A DNA stretch of 64,000 nucleotides, from contig CABUKE010000004.1 in the NCBI GenBank assembly GCA_902492065.1, positions 43,621 to 107,620 on the forward strand, given 5' to 3'. The translations under genes and the position numbers were made by a program. This document shows positions 8,170-17,965 of this stretch, piece by piece. A model generated the notes under the pieces. It was not told where the DNA came from, made no database searches, and was given only the letters and a program-made list of their open reading frames with translations. Position 1 is the first letter of the stretch, and each line of letters begins with the position of its first letter. This DNA is from an uncultured Eubacteriales bacterium. GTDB taxonomy: Bacteria > Bacillota > Clostridia > UBA1381 > UMGS1253.

Positions 8170-9636
8170 ATGAACAAAAGGAACTTGGGCAAGAGTCTGA
8201 TGCGTGTTATTGCTGTTGTATGTGTAGTTGCCATGTTGCCGCTGGCAGCGTTTGCGGCAAGCGCGACGGTTACAATTGCAACGGCGGTTTCTGGGGAAAC
8301 ACCTTTGGGCGCAACAGCGGCAGAAGCGCCGACGCTTTCGGCTGGAGCTGTGATTGATGTTATGGGTATGCACAGCACGCCTGATGCTGAGGTGACGTAT
8401 TTGGTTGCGCCGGAGGGCGCGACAACGCCGATTGAGGGAATTGGACAGCGCACAAGTGCATCTGATACGGGCGCATTTACCATAAAGGTTGCACTGCCGC
8501 AGGATATTGCGGATGGAACGTATTACATCAAGGTTGGCGGACAGGATGTTGACGCGCCGCAGAGCCGGTACTTCAAGATTGGCTCCGGAGAAACACCGGT
8601 TGTTCCGGAAGCGAGCCTGACGGTTACCATTACTGGTGCGGGCAAGGTTACGAGTACGGGTGCATACGAAGGCGAAATCACGGGTGGTTCTGCTGTTGAT
8701 TATGCGGTTGGGTCACAGTTTACGCTGACGGCGGCCGCAGAGGGGAGCGACAAGTTCATTCACTGGATTGACGCACGTTCCGGTCGTATTGTTTCGACAG
8801 AGCCGGCCTACAGCTTTACCCTTGGCACAGATATGACATTGCAGGCAGTGTTCCGCGCTGCGGACGCGCCAGCTTATGTGATTTTTAAAGAGAAGAACAA
8901 CAAAGTCCTCTTGTCGCAGGACAATGCAACCGACGTAAAGGTACCGGACGATCCGTATGCAATGGGGTACGAGTTTGAGAGCTGGGTTAATGAAAACGGC
9001 CTCCCGCAGAAGCTGAACGCAGGCGATGTCATTGCGGCAAATACATACACAGACGATATGGTATTTACGGCAAGTCATAAAGTAGCGGAAGAAACTTATA
9101 CTGTAACGCTTGTGAATGCACAGGGAGCAGAAAGCGGCGAATATAAATATGACACAAGGTTGACCGTGATGCCGGCGGCAGCGCCGAGCGGGGAAAAGTT
9201 CTCCCATTGGGAAAAGGATGGAACGGTTATCAGCTATGATGAGGAGTATACCTTCTATGTAGCGGCGTACGATACGACGGTAGAGGCGAAGTATGTTGCG
9301 GCGGCGCAGGTTGTAACGCCGGAGCCGGTCATTGTTATGGCGGAGCCGTTTATGGTACAGACAAATAAGATTGCATTTTTCTCAGAGCGGAGCCTGCCGG
9401 AAGGATACACCTTGATTGAAACCGGTATTTTGCTGGGCAGCGGCGCACAGGAGCTGACGCTGGAAAACGCAATGTACACAAGCGTGTCTATTTCGACGGA
9501 CCGCAACGGTCAGTACACCGTTCGCAAGACTGCACAGGCTGGGGAAGTATGGTCTGGCCGCGCTTATATGATTTATGAGCATGACGGTGAGATTGTTACG
9601 GTTTACAGCAATACTGTTACAAAAAGCTACAATTAA
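8170..9636 (+). CDS. secreted protein with Flg_new (Listeria-Bacteroides / InlB B-type) repeats
   Basis: SD ggggggag. Signal peptide MNKRNLGKSLMRVIAVVCVVAMLPLAAFAASA. Three repeats of the G-x-F-x-(H/S)W...y.F....d..l.A.F type are present (DKFIHWIDARSG..., GYEFESWVNENG..., GEKFSHWEKDGT...). Confidence 0.75.
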   Translation: MNKRNLGKSLMRVIAVVCVVAMLPLAAFAASATVTIATAVSGETPLGATAAEAPTLSAGAVIDVMGMHSTPDAEVTYLVAPEGATTPIEGIGQRTSASDTGAFTIKVALPQDIADGTYYIKVGGQDVDAPQSRYFKIGSGETPVVPEASLTVTITGAGKVTSTGAYEGEITGGSAVDYAVGSQFTLTAAAEGSDKFIHWIDARSGRIVSTEPAYSFTLGTDMTLQAVFRAADAPAYVIFKEKNNKVLLSQDNATDVKVPDDPYAMGYEFESWVNENGLPQKLNAGDVIAANTYTDDMVFTASHKVAEETYTVTLVNAQGAESGEYKYDTRLTVMPAAAPSGEKFSHWEKDGTVISYDEEYTFYVAAYDTTVEAKYVAAAQVVTPEPVIVMAEPFMVQTNKIAFFSERSLPEGYTLIETGILLGSGAQELTLENAMYTSVSISTDRNGQYTVRKTAQAGEVWSGRAYMIYEHDGEIVTVYSNTVTKSYN

Positions 9637-9650
9637 TTTTAAATTGGTTG

Positions 9651-9679
9651 TTGACTTTTTACAGAATACCTATTATAAT
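9651..9679 (+). promoter_or_regulatory. sigma-A-type promoter TTGACT-17-TATAAT
   Basis: TTGACT 9651-9656, 17-nt spacer, TATAAT 9674-9679. A 12-bp 5' UTR hairpin (9698-9709 / 9716-9727) follows. Confidence 0.6.
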
Positions 9680-9753
9680 GAATATATAAGATAACAGCAG
9701 GCAGACGGGCATGTTCCCGTTTGCCTGTTTAACTCTGAAAAGGATGGTGCTAC

Positions 9754-10752
9754 ATGGTTGGAAAAAACATGAAAAGGATTGTGTCATACATAGTGGTGCT
9801 TTGTTTTGCATTTTCTATGTTGCAAATTGCGGCAGTTGCAGAGGATGTTACATTTTCTGATATGCCGGATAACTGGGCGACAGATGCGCTGCAAAAGGCA
9901 GTGGATAACGGTTTGCTCAACGGGTATGACGGAATGATTATGCCAGACAATAACCTGACTCGTGCAGAGATGGCGGCAATTATGGTACGTGCTTTCGGAG
10001 CAACGGCGGAAGCCGATATTTCCGCATTTACGGATGTTGATGCCGGCGCATGGTACTACGGCGATATGGCAAAGTCAGTACAGATGGGGATTTTCCAGGG
10101 CGACGGGACAAACCTGAACCCGGATAACAATATTACGCGTGAGGAAGCGTTTACAGTACTTGCCCGCGCGTTTGAACTGGATGCTGCAGACGGTGCGGTT
10201 CTGGATGTATTTACGGATAAGGCCGACGTTTCAGCATGGGCGGTTCCGACGGTTGCGGCCATTGTAGAGAACGGCTACGCACAAGGTGCGGATGGGTATT
10301 TGAACCCGAAGAGCAACATTACGCGCGCAGAGTTTGCTGTTTTGATGGACAATCTGGTTAAGATGTACATCACCGAGCCGGGGTTATATTCCCATGTGGA
10401 AGACGGGAATATTCTGATTCGTGCCAATGACGTAACCTTGTCTTCCCTGACGGTAAAGGGCGACCTGATTCTTGGTGAATCCGTGACTGCAAAAGGCGTT
10501 ACGCTGTTAAGCTCGAATGTGGAGGGACGCATTGTGAATAACGACAACGACGATAAGATTGAATATGTTACAACTGGCGGCGGAGATTATCCGGGTGGGA
10601 ATCCGGGTGGCAACCCCGGAGGTAACCCAGGCGGCAATCCGGGTGGGAATCCCGGAGGTAACCCGGGCGGCAATCCGGGGACTGACCCCGACGATGAAGA
10701 TAACCCAGGGGAAACCACAGATCCGGGAATTGACGACGGCGGTGACCTTTAA
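9754..10752 (+). CDS. SLH-domain surface protein with C-terminal (GGNP)7 tract
   Basis: The signal peptide is followed by three SLH repeats (FSDMPDNWATDALQKAVDNGLLNGY, FTDVDAGAWYYGDMAKSV, FTDKADVSAWAVPTVAAIV). A beta-rich segment follows, then the GGNP repeats and an acidic tail. Confidence 0.8.
   Translation: MVGKNMKRIVSYIVVLCFAFSMLQIAAVAEDVTFSDMPDNWATDALQKAVDNGLLNGYDGMIMPDNNLTRAEMAAIMVRAFGATAEADISAFTDVDAGAWYYGDMAKSVQMGIFQGDGTNLNPDNNITREEAFTVLARAFELDAADGAVLDVFTDKADVSAWAVPTVAAIVENGYAQGADGYLNPKSNITRAEFAVLMDNLVKMYITEPGLYSHVEDGNILIRANDVTLSSLTVKGDLILGESVTAKGVTLLSSNVEGRIVNNDNDDKIEYVTTGGGDYPGGNPGGNPGGNPGGNPGGNPGGNPGGNPGTDPDDEDNPGETTDPGIDDGGDL
10594..10677 (+). repeat. 7 x 12-nt in-frame tandem repeat encoding (GGNP)7
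   Basis: Read directly: ggtgggaatccg ggtggcaacccc ggaggtaaccca ggcggcaatccg ggtgggaatccc ggaggtaacccg ggcggcaatccg. The units differ only at synonymous positions. Confidence 0.9.
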
Positions 10753-10768
10753 TCAAGTATGAATAATC

Positions 10769-10817
10769 AAGGAGCAGCTTTTTCCAAATTTGGTGAAGGC
10801 TGCTCCTTCTTTGTTTT
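10769..10817 (+). terminator. rho-independent terminator
   Basis: 10-bp stem aaggagcagc/gctgctcctt followed by ctttgtttt. Confidence 0.7.
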
Positions 10818-10835
10818 ACGGCGGTCAGGTTTTAT

Positions 10836-10864
10836 TTGACTATACAGTGGTTTTGTGATAGAAT
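10836..10864 (+). promoter_or_regulatory. sigma-A-type promoter TTGACT-17-TAGAAT with TGn extension
   Basis: TTGACT 10836-10841, 17-nt spacer ending in tga, TAGAAT 10859-10864. Confidence 0.55.
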
Positions 10865-10917
10865 ATACCATACTTATCGAAAGACATGAATAAAGTTGAC
10901 AATGAGATTGGGAGTGC

Positions 10918-11862
10918 ATGGTTTTGATGAATATGGATAACAATGCGCCGCAAAAAGAGTACTGGGTTTGTATGCTGATTCTTGTCGTACTGACCGGGGC
11001 AAGTTTGCTGCCGGTTTTGTCCGGGCTTGCGCTCTATATTTTGTTACCCGCATGTTTGGCCTATCTGTTTGTCCGGTTTGACTGGCGGTATTCGGCTGGG
11101 GCGGCAGCGGTAGTTTTGCTGGTTCCTATGCTGGTGATGCTGCAACCTGATGTGTCGGTCTTTTTGATTTGCGTTCCGCTTGCGGCGGGCGTCGCCTTTG
11201 CCGTACGGAAGAAGAAAAGCCTGCTTTTTGCCGTTTCGGCTGGTGTAGCGGGCGAGCTTGTGTCGGTTCTGCTCTTATACTTGGCAGGTATTGTGGCAGC
11301 TGGCGGGGCAGAAGCGTTTCATGCGCAGATAGGCGGCTACTGGTCAGAAATGCAGGCCATGATGGACGAGATGTTTGCCGCGTATCAGATTCCGTCCGAA
11401 ATCGGGATGGCGTACCAGCAGATGTTCTTGTCGCTGGTGCCAGCCATTGCAATCTGTATGGCGGCGTCCTTTTCCTATCTTGCATTTTACTTCTGCAATC
11501 TTTTTCTAAAGCGGCGTGACATCTCATATGTAGGAGTATATCGGCCGTTCAGCGAGATAAAAGCGGACAAATCCTGCGTGGTCGCAGTTATTGTCTTCTT
11601 TATCATCAGCCTGTTCGTTTCGGGAATATTTGCGCGCGCGCTGGTAAATCTGGTCGTGATTCTGGCCTTTTTCCTGTTTGTGTGCGGGTTTTCTACAGCT
11701 TGCTTTTTTGTAAAACGGATTCGGAGAAGGCCGGTTCGTATCCTTGTGTTTGTAATTTTATTTATGACGATTTTTATTACCTCCTATCTGTTCATGTTTG
11801 TTGGTTTTATTGACGCATTTTTGAATATACGCAGAATCGGCCAGGGGCCGAAACCGGAGTAA
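10918..11862 (+). CDS. YybS-like DUF2232 polytopic membrane protein
   Basis: 314-aa multi-TM protein in the position of B. subtilis yybS, immediately upstream of gdpP-rplI-dnaB. Confidence 0.7.
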   Translation: MVLMNMDNNAPQKEYWVCMLILVVLTGASLLPVLSGLALYILLPACLAYLFVRFDWRYSAGAAAVVLLVPMLVMLQPDVSVFLICVPLAAGVAFAVRKKKSLLFAVSAGVAGELVSVLLLYLAGIVAAGGAEAFHAQIGGYWSEMQAMMDEMFAAYQIPSEIGMAYQQMFLSLVPAIAICMAASFSYLAFYFCNLFLKRRDISYVGVYRPFSEIKADKSCVVAVIVFFIISLFVSGIFARALVNLVVILAFFLFVCGFSTACFFVKRIRRRPVRILVFVILFMTIFITSYLFMFVGFIDAFLNIRRIGQGPKPE

Positions 11863-11925
11863 AGCGGAAATACTGTTTTCGGGATTGGGATATGGGCGTA
11901 TAGGTGGAAAGGAAATACGGAGTAT

Positions 11926-13935
11926 ATGAAGAAGAACAAGTGGTATCTGAATAATTTATACCGTGCAATCAGCGTGGCACAGTGGTGTGTGCTCGTCTGT
12001 GCATTTTTGACGTTTTTGACTGGGCCGGAGCAGCTATGGCTCGCGGTGGCGGAAACGGTGCTGTTTTTGGTGCTGATTCTGCTCAATGTCTTAGAGCGCA
12101 AACGGCGCGACCTGGATGTGAAGGAGTATGTACAGACACTTAATGACCATATGGATACGGCGACGAAAGACTCGCTCGTAAATTTTCCGTTTCCGATGGT
12201 TGTGGCACATCTGGATGGGCGCGTATCGTGGTATAACCAAAGTTTTGCCCAGATTATCTCCGGGGAGTCGCTCTTTGAGCGCCACATTTCTGATATCATA
12301 GAAGACCTTAACTGGAGCGACGTTCTGCGTATGCAGGAGGGGATATCGCTTACGGTTGTGTACCGGGAACATCAGTACAGTGTTATGGGCAATATTATCA
12401 AGCCGGATCCAAAACGGGACAATGAGTATTTGATTCTGCTCTACTGGCTCGATGAAACTGAGCTGAATACGATCAAGAAAAAATACCTTGATGAGAAAAC
12501 GGACGTCAGCGTGATTTTGATTGATAACTATGACGACGTTATGAACAGCATGGAGGAATCGATTAAGCCGCAGATGAGCTCGCTGATTGCAAGGTATATC
12601 CATGAATGGATCGGCGACGCAAAGGGAATTTTAAAAAAACTGGAGCGGGACCGGTATATCTTTTTGTTTGAGCATAAAGACCTTGACCGGTTTGTGGAGC
12701 AAAAGTTTGAGCTGTTAGACCGTGTGCGGGAAATCAGTATTGGTAACAAGACGCCTGCTACCATCAGTATCGGAATCGGCACGGGTGGCGAAACGATTGC
12801 ACAAAACGACGAGTATTCGCGCATGGCGCTCGACATGGCGCTCGGCCGCGGCGGCGACCAGGCGGTTATCCGCGACGACAGCCAGTTCCGCTTTTACGGC
12901 GGAAAGACAAAGGAGCATGAAAAGAGTACGCGTGTTAAGTCACGCGTGGTGGCATATGCGCTCCGCCAGCTTATTATGAGCGAGGACAATGTGGTGATTA
13001 TGGGCCACAAGTCGCCGGATATGGATTCGATTGGGGCGGCAATCGGGCTGTCGCGCGGCGTGAAAAACCGCGGCAAACCAGTCTATATTGTGTGTGGGGA
13101 GTGTTCGAGTACGGTGTCGAAGGTCGTACAGGCCATGAAGGATGCCGCAGAGGAGAACAAAGGACTATTCATTACCCCAGAGGAAGCAAACCAGATTGTC
13201 GGCGAAAAGACGGTGCTGATTGTTGTGGATACACACCGCCCGTCGCTGACGGAGAACCCGGAACTTTTGAAAAAAGCGGGAGAAATTGTTTTGATTGACC
13301 ATCACAGGCGCAGCACAGAGTTTATTGAGAACTGTTCGCTTGTGTACCACGAGCCATACGCCTCCTCGGCAAGTGAAATGGTGGCGGAGCTGCTGCAATA
13401 CATGGATAATAAGGTGGCTCTGACGAAGCTGGAGGCCGAGGCCATGTACGCCGGCATCTATATGGATACGAAAAACTTTACGTTTAAAACCGGTGTACGT
13501 ACGTTTGACGCGGCATCGTTTCTGCGCAAGCACGGCGTGGACACCGTGGCGGTGAAAAAGATGTTCCAAAGTGATTTGGTACACTATAACAGCCGGGCGC
13601 ACATTGTTGGCAATGCGGAGTTTGTGCGTGACGATATCGCTGTGGCAGTCAACACAGAGCCGGTCAGCGACGCGCCGATTGTTGCGGCGCAGGCGGCGGA
13701 CGAACTGCTTGGGATTGAGGGCGTAGAAGCTTCGTTTGTTATAACGAAGTCGGGCGACGCAGTACTGATCAGCGGGCGGTCGTGGGGCGGCTACAACGTG
13801 CAGGTGATACTTGAAAAGCTGGGCGGCGGCGGTCATATGACGGTTGCAGGTGCGCAGTTTTACGATTCCACCGTACAGGAGGTTAAAGAACGCCTCCTGT
13901 CGGCGATTGATGAGTACATCAGCGACCGGGAGTAA
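11926..13935 (+). CDS. gdpP: cyclic-di-AMP phosphodiesterase GdpP (DHH/DHHA1)
   Basis: Two N-terminal TM helices, then a PAS/degenerate GGDEF region, a DHH motif (VLIDHHRRS) and a GGGGH motif (LGGGGHMTVAG). Confidence 0.9.
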   Translation: MKKNKWYLNNLYRAISVAQWCVLVCAFLTFLTGPEQLWLAVAETVLFLVLILLNVLERKRRDLDVKEYVQTLNDHMDTATKDSLVNFPFPMVVAHLDGRVSWYNQSFAQIISGESLFERHISDIIEDLNWSDVLRMQEGISLTVVYREHQYSVMGNIIKPDPKRDNEYLILLYWLDETELNTIKKKYLDEKTDVSVILIDNYDDVMNSMEESIKPQMSSLIARYIHEWIGDAKGILKKLERDRYIFLFEHKDLDRFVEQKFELLDRVREISIGNKTPATISIGIGTGGETIAQNDEYSRMALDMALGRGGDQAVIRDDSQFRFYGGKTKEHEKSTRVKSRVVAYALRQLIMSEDNVVIMGHKSPDMDSIGAAIGLSRGVKNRGKPVYIVCGECSSTVSKVVQAMKDAAEENKGLFITPEEANQIVGEKTVLIVVDTHRPSLTENPELLKKAGEIVLIDHHRRSTEFIENCSLVYHEPYASSASEMVAELLQYMDNKVALTKLEAEAMYAGIYMDTKNFTFKTGVRTFDAASFLRKHGVDTVAVKKMFQSDLVHYNSRAHIVGNAEFVRDDIAVAVNTEPVSDAPIVAAQAADELLGIEGVEASFVITKSGDAVLISGRSWGGYNVQVILEKLGGGGHMTVAGAQFYDSTVQEVKERLLSAIDEYISDRE

Positions 13936-13969
13936 GAGTTATCGACTTTAGGAGCAAGGAGTGAGATAC

Positions 13970-14416
13970 ATGAAGGTTATTTTGCAGGCAGATGTAAAGG
14001 GTAAGGGTAAAAAGGGCGACATCAAAGAGGTGTCGGACGGTTATGCGAGAAATTTCCTGTTCCCGCGCGGGCTTGCCGTTGAGGCGAATGCGGCAAATAT
14101 GAATACCATTAAGGGACAGAAAGAGGCGCAGGCGTTCCACAAGGCGCAGGAAAAGGACGAGGCGCTTGCCATGAAGGAGAAGATTGACGCGGTAAGCGTG
14201 ACCCTGACGGCGAAAGCTGGGGAAAACGGCAAGCTGTTCGGCTCCATCACGAACAAGGATGTGGCGGAGGCGCTGAAAATGCAGCAGCACCTCGTTGTGG
14301 ATAAAAAGAAGTTCCACATGCCGGACGGAATCAAGACGGTTGGCACGACCGAGGTGGAAGTACGAATTTATCCGGAAATCAGCGCAAAGCTGAAGGTGGT
14401 TGTAAACGCGCAGTAG
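13970..14416 (+). CDS. rplI: 50S ribosomal protein L9
   Basis: [36 protein letters not shown] is the canonical L9 N-terminus. I moved the start to the second ATG of the tracked ORF. Confidence 0.95.
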   Translation: MKVILQADVKGKGKKGDIKEVSDGYARNFLFPRGLAVEANAANMNTIKGQKEAQAFHKAQEKDEALAMKEKIDAVSVTLTAKAGENGKLFGSITNKDVAEALKMQQHLVVDKKKFHMPDGIKTVGTTEVEVRIYPEISAKLKVVVNAQ

Positions 14417-14460
14417 GCCGCCGGGATATACCGGATGGCTGGAAAGGCATGTGAAGGAGT

Positions 14461-15810
14461 ATGGATTTAGCGGGCAGAGCAATGCCCTACAGCGTGGAGG
14501 CGGAGCAGTCGGTTCTGGGCGGTATTTTGATCGACCATAACTGCATTACTGCCGTCAGCGAGCGCATTGGAGAAGACGATTTCTACTTCGAGCATAACCG
14601 CGCTATCTACGGCGTTATGCTCGAGCTTTTTAATACAAATAAGCCGATTGACCTCGTTACGGTGTCGGACGCGCTGAAGGGGTTAGGTCGGCTCGACGCG
14701 GTCGGCGGCGTGGCCTATCTGTCGAGCATTGCGTCGGCTGTGCCGACGACGGCCAATATTACACAGTATGCCGACATTGTGGCGCAGAAGTCGCTTTTGC
14801 GCCGGCTGATTGAGGCGGGTACGTCCATTGTGAACATGGGTTATGAGGCGACGGACGACCCGGAATCCGTTTTGGAAAAGTCGGAAAAGCTGATTTTTGA
14901 CATCTTGCAGGGGAAAGACTCGCACGGGATTGTCCACATCAAGGAGCTTTTGGGCGACACGTTCCGCATGATGCAGGAGATGGCGGCCAATAAGGGCAAG
15001 GTCACCGGCGTGCCGACGGGGTTTGGGTATATTGACCAGATGACGTCCGGCCTGCAAAAGAGCGACCTCGTAATCATTGCCGCGCGTCCTGCAATGGGTA
15101 AGACGAGCTTTGCACTCAACATTGCGCAGAACGCGGCAATCCGTAACGGCGTGCCGACGGCGGTATTTAACCTCGAAATGTCGCGCGAGCAGCTTGCGAG
15201 CCGTATTATTTGCTCGGAGGCGATGGTCGGCGGCAACAAGCTCAAGGACGGCACGCTCGACGCGAATGACTGGGTCAGTATCGGGGAGAATTTACAACAG
15301 CTTGAAAAGGCGCCGATCTTCATTGACGATTCGTCTATGGTTTCGGTTTCTGATATCCGCGCGAAGTGCCGTCGGCTCAAGCAGCAGCACGGCCTTGGAC
15401 TTGTCATTATCGACTATTTGCAGCTTATGCAGGGGTCGGGTCGGAACAAGGGCGACAACCGACAGACCGAGGTATCGGAGATTTCGCGCTCGCTCAAGAT
15501 TTTGGCAAAAGAGATTCAGGTTCCGGTCGTGACGCTGTCCCAGCTTGGGCGCGGCCCGGAGAGCCGTACGAACAAGCGGCCTATGCTGTCCGACCTGCGT
15601 GAGTCCGGTGCGATCGAGCAAGACGCGGACATCGTAATGTTTTTATACCGCGACGAATATTACAACCCGGACAGTCCGGACAAAAACATTGCAGAGTGTA
15701 TCATCGCCAAGCACCGCAACGGCGAAACGGGCACGATCAAGCTGTGGTGGGACGGCGCGCATACGAAGTTCATGCATTTGGACCGCCAGCACGACGGTGA
15801 GGAAATGTGA
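14461..15810 (+). CDS. dnaB: replicative DNA helicase
   Basis: PYSVEAEQSVLGGILID N-terminal domain, Walker A ARPAMGKTSF, and the RecA-like C-terminus. An alternative start is ATG 14482. Confidence 0.95.
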   Translation: MDLAGRAMPYSVEAEQSVLGGILIDHNCITAVSERIGEDDFYFEHNRAIYGVMLELFNTNKPIDLVTVSDALKGLGRLDAVGGVAYLSSIASAVPTTANITQYADIVAQKSLLRRLIEAGTSIVNMGYEATDDPESVLEKSEKLIFDILQGKDSHGIVHIKELLGDTFRMMQEMAANKGKVTGVPTGFGYIDQMTSGLQKSDLVIIAARPAMGKTSFALNIAQNAAIRNGVPTAVFNLEMSREQLASRIICSEAMVGGNKLKDGTLDANDWVSIGENLQQLEKAPIFIDDSSMVSVSDIRAKCRRLKQQHGLGLVIIDYLQLMQGSGRNKGDNRQTEVSEISRSLKILAKEIQVPVVTLSQLGRGPESRTNKRPMLSDLRESGAIEQDADIVMFLYRDEYYNPDSPDKNIAECIIAKHRNGETGTIKLWWDGAHTKFMHLDRQHDGEEM

Positions 15811-17213
15811 TGAATGACTGTTTAGGATTTGAACGGAAAATCGAGCGGTTTTGTAAAGACAACGCTCTGCTGGAGCGTGGCGACCGCGTATTGGTTTGCC
15901 TGTCGGGCGGGGCGGACTCGGTCTGCCTTTTGCGGGTGTTATTATCGCTCAAAGAGCGACTTTCGTTAACGCTGTATGCGGCGCATATGAACCATATGCT
16001 GCGCGGCGCGGATGCGGACGCGGACGAGACGTTCTGCCGTCGTTTGTGCGCGGCACACGGTGTGGAGTTGTTTGTCCGCCGCATGGACGTAAAAAAGATT
16101 GCGCGCGACAGCGCGCAGGGCGTTGAGGCGGCGGCGCGGCAAGTGCGTTATGGCTTTTTTTCCGAGCTGAGAGAACGCTATGTATTGGATAAGATTGCAA
16201 CGGCGCATAACCAAAACGACAATGCGGAAACGAGCCTGATGTACTTTCTGCGCGGCAGCGGCATTGACGGGATAAAGGGAATCCACGTAAAGCGCGCCGA
16301 CGGCGTGATACGTCCGCTTTTGTGCGCGGCGCGCGCAGAAATTGAGGCGTATTTGGAACGGCTCGGTCAGGAATATGTGACGGACGCGACAAACCAATCG
16401 ACAGATTATACGCGCAACCGGCTCCGCAACCGGCTTTTGCCGCAGCTTGCGGCGGAATATAACCCGAATTTGGTTGAAACGCTTGCTGACAATGCGTCTC
16501 TTCTCGCGCTTGACGCACAGTATTTAAACGAGTGCGCGGGCGAGCTGGAAGCGCGGCTTGTGACGGAGGTGCAGGACGGCGGCTATGCCGTTGACGTGGA
16601 GGGCTACTGTGCGGCTGCGTACGCACTCAGGCTGCGCGTGCTCCGGCAGGTCATTGCGAATCTGGGCGTTATGCCGACTTATGCGGCTGTGATGCGCTGC
16701 GACGCGCTGTTCGGTACAGGCATGCAGGGGAAAACGGTTTCCGTCACGGACGCGCTGCTTGCGCGGCGGGAGTATGGCGCGGTGCGGTTTTGCCGCGGAA
16801 AAGAGACCGTTAAGAGCTTTTCCTACGCCTTGCTGGCTGGAGAAAAGCAGTATGTAAAAGAGGCGGACACATGGTTTTTCAGCCGTTTGCTCACAAAAGA
16901 GCAGTTTGTGGCTGAAGCGGATTTTGGACAAAAAAACTGTGCATATTTTGATTATAATTCCTTGAGCGGGCAAATATATATAAGAAGCAGAAAAAACGGC
17001 GACACGTTTGCTCCATTCGGTATGAAAGGAAAGAAGAAGCTCAAGGATTATTTTGTAGATGAAAAAGTTCCCGCGCGTCTGCGCGGGCGCGTCCCGCTCA
17101 TGGACTGCGGAGGGGAAATCCTGTGGGTTTGCGGCTACAGGCGGAGCGCGTTATATCCCGTGTCGGAGCACACGGAAACCATACTGAAGATTGTATTTTG
17201 GGAGGGGCAGTAG
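15807..17213 (+). CDS. tilS: tRNA(Ile)-lysidine synthetase
   Basis: PP-loop SGGADSVCLL. It overlaps the dnaB stop (GTG 15807 / ATG 15810). Confidence 0.9.
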   Translation: MMNDCLGFERKIERFCKDNALLERGDRVLVCLSGGADSVCLLRVLLSLKERLSLTLYAAHMNHMLRGADADADETFCRRLCAAHGVELFVRRMDVKKIARDSAQGVEAAARQVRYGFFSELRERYVLDKIATAHNQNDNAETSLMYFLRGSGIDGIKGIHVKRADGVIRPLLCAARAEIEAYLERLGQEYVTDATNQSTDYTRNRLRNRLLPQLAAEYNPNLVETLADNASLLALDAQYLNECAGELEARLVTEVQDGGYAVDVEGYCAAAYALRLRVLRQVIANLGVMPTYAAVMRCDALFGTGMQGKTVSVTDALLARREYGAVRFCRGKETVKSFSYALLAGEKQYVKEADTWFFSRLLTKEQFVAEADFGQKNCAYFDYNSLSGQIYIRSRKNGDTFAPFGMKGKKKLKDYFVDEKVPARLRGRVPLMDCGGEILWVCGYRRSALYPVSEHTETILKIVFWEGQ

Positions 17214-17762
17214 ATGAAAATTCATGAGGATGTGGAACGGGTTCTGATTTCTGCGGAAGAACTGGACGCAAAGGTGAGCGAGCTTGCAGAGCGTATCAGC
17301 CGCGACTATGCGGGCAAAACGGTGCTGGTTATTACGCTTTTAAAGGGCGGCGTCATGTTTGCCGTTGATTTGATGCGAAAGCTTACCGTGCCGGTGGAGA
17401 TTGACTTTATGAGCGTGTCGAGCTACGGCGCGTCGTCAAAATCGTCCGGCATCGTCAAGGTGGAGAAGGATTTGGACAATTCCATTAAGGGTAAGGACGT
17501 ATTGCTCGTCGAGGATATCATCGACAGCGGGCTGACGCTCAACTATGTGCGCGAGCTGCTGCTTGGACGCGAGCCTGCGAGCCTGCGGATTTGCACCATT
17601 CTCGACAAGCCGTCGCGGCGGAAAACGGAAGTAAAGGTCGACTATACCGGCTTTGAAATCCCGGACGAGTTTGTAATTGGGTACGGCCTCGATTATGCGC
17701 AGAAGCACCGCAACCTCCCGTATGTCGGGATTTTGAAGCGCAGCGTGTATGAAAACGAATAA
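17214..17762 (+). CDS. hpt: hypoxanthine phosphoribosyltransferase
   Basis: PRPP-binding motif VLLVEDIIDSGLTL and the conserved GYGLDY tail. The tilS-hpt-ftsH order matches Bacillus. Confidence 0.9.
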   Translation: MKIHEDVERVLISAEELDAKVSELAERISRDYAGKTVLVITLLKGGVMFAVDLMRKLTVPVEIDFMSVSSYGASSKSSGIVKVEKDLDNSIKGKDVLLVEDIIDSGLTLNYVRELLLGREPASLRICTILDKPSRRKTEVKVDYTGFEIPDEFVIGYGLDYAQKHRNLPYVGILKRSVYENE

Positions 17763-17965
17763 TTTTTAAACAATTTGTAAAGATTGTTGTATTTACGGGC
17801 ATTTTATGCTAAGATAACGGGGTAACAAAAGGATTTGCATTTCCGGTATCCCTTTACAGCGGCGGCTGTGGACAGCGGAGGCAGGTTTCCTCATTTCGGC
17901 GGAGCGTGCGGTTTTCCGCTATGATTGCGTTTTATAGAATCGTTATGGGCAGAGGAGTGGATAGT

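Noticed and set aside
10594-10677. A tandem repeat, considered as a possible CRISPR or minisatellite.
   Set aside because: The period is 12 nt, there are no spacers, and it is in frame within a CDS. It is a coding low-complexity tract. No CRISPR-like repeat-spacer array is seen anywhere in the window.
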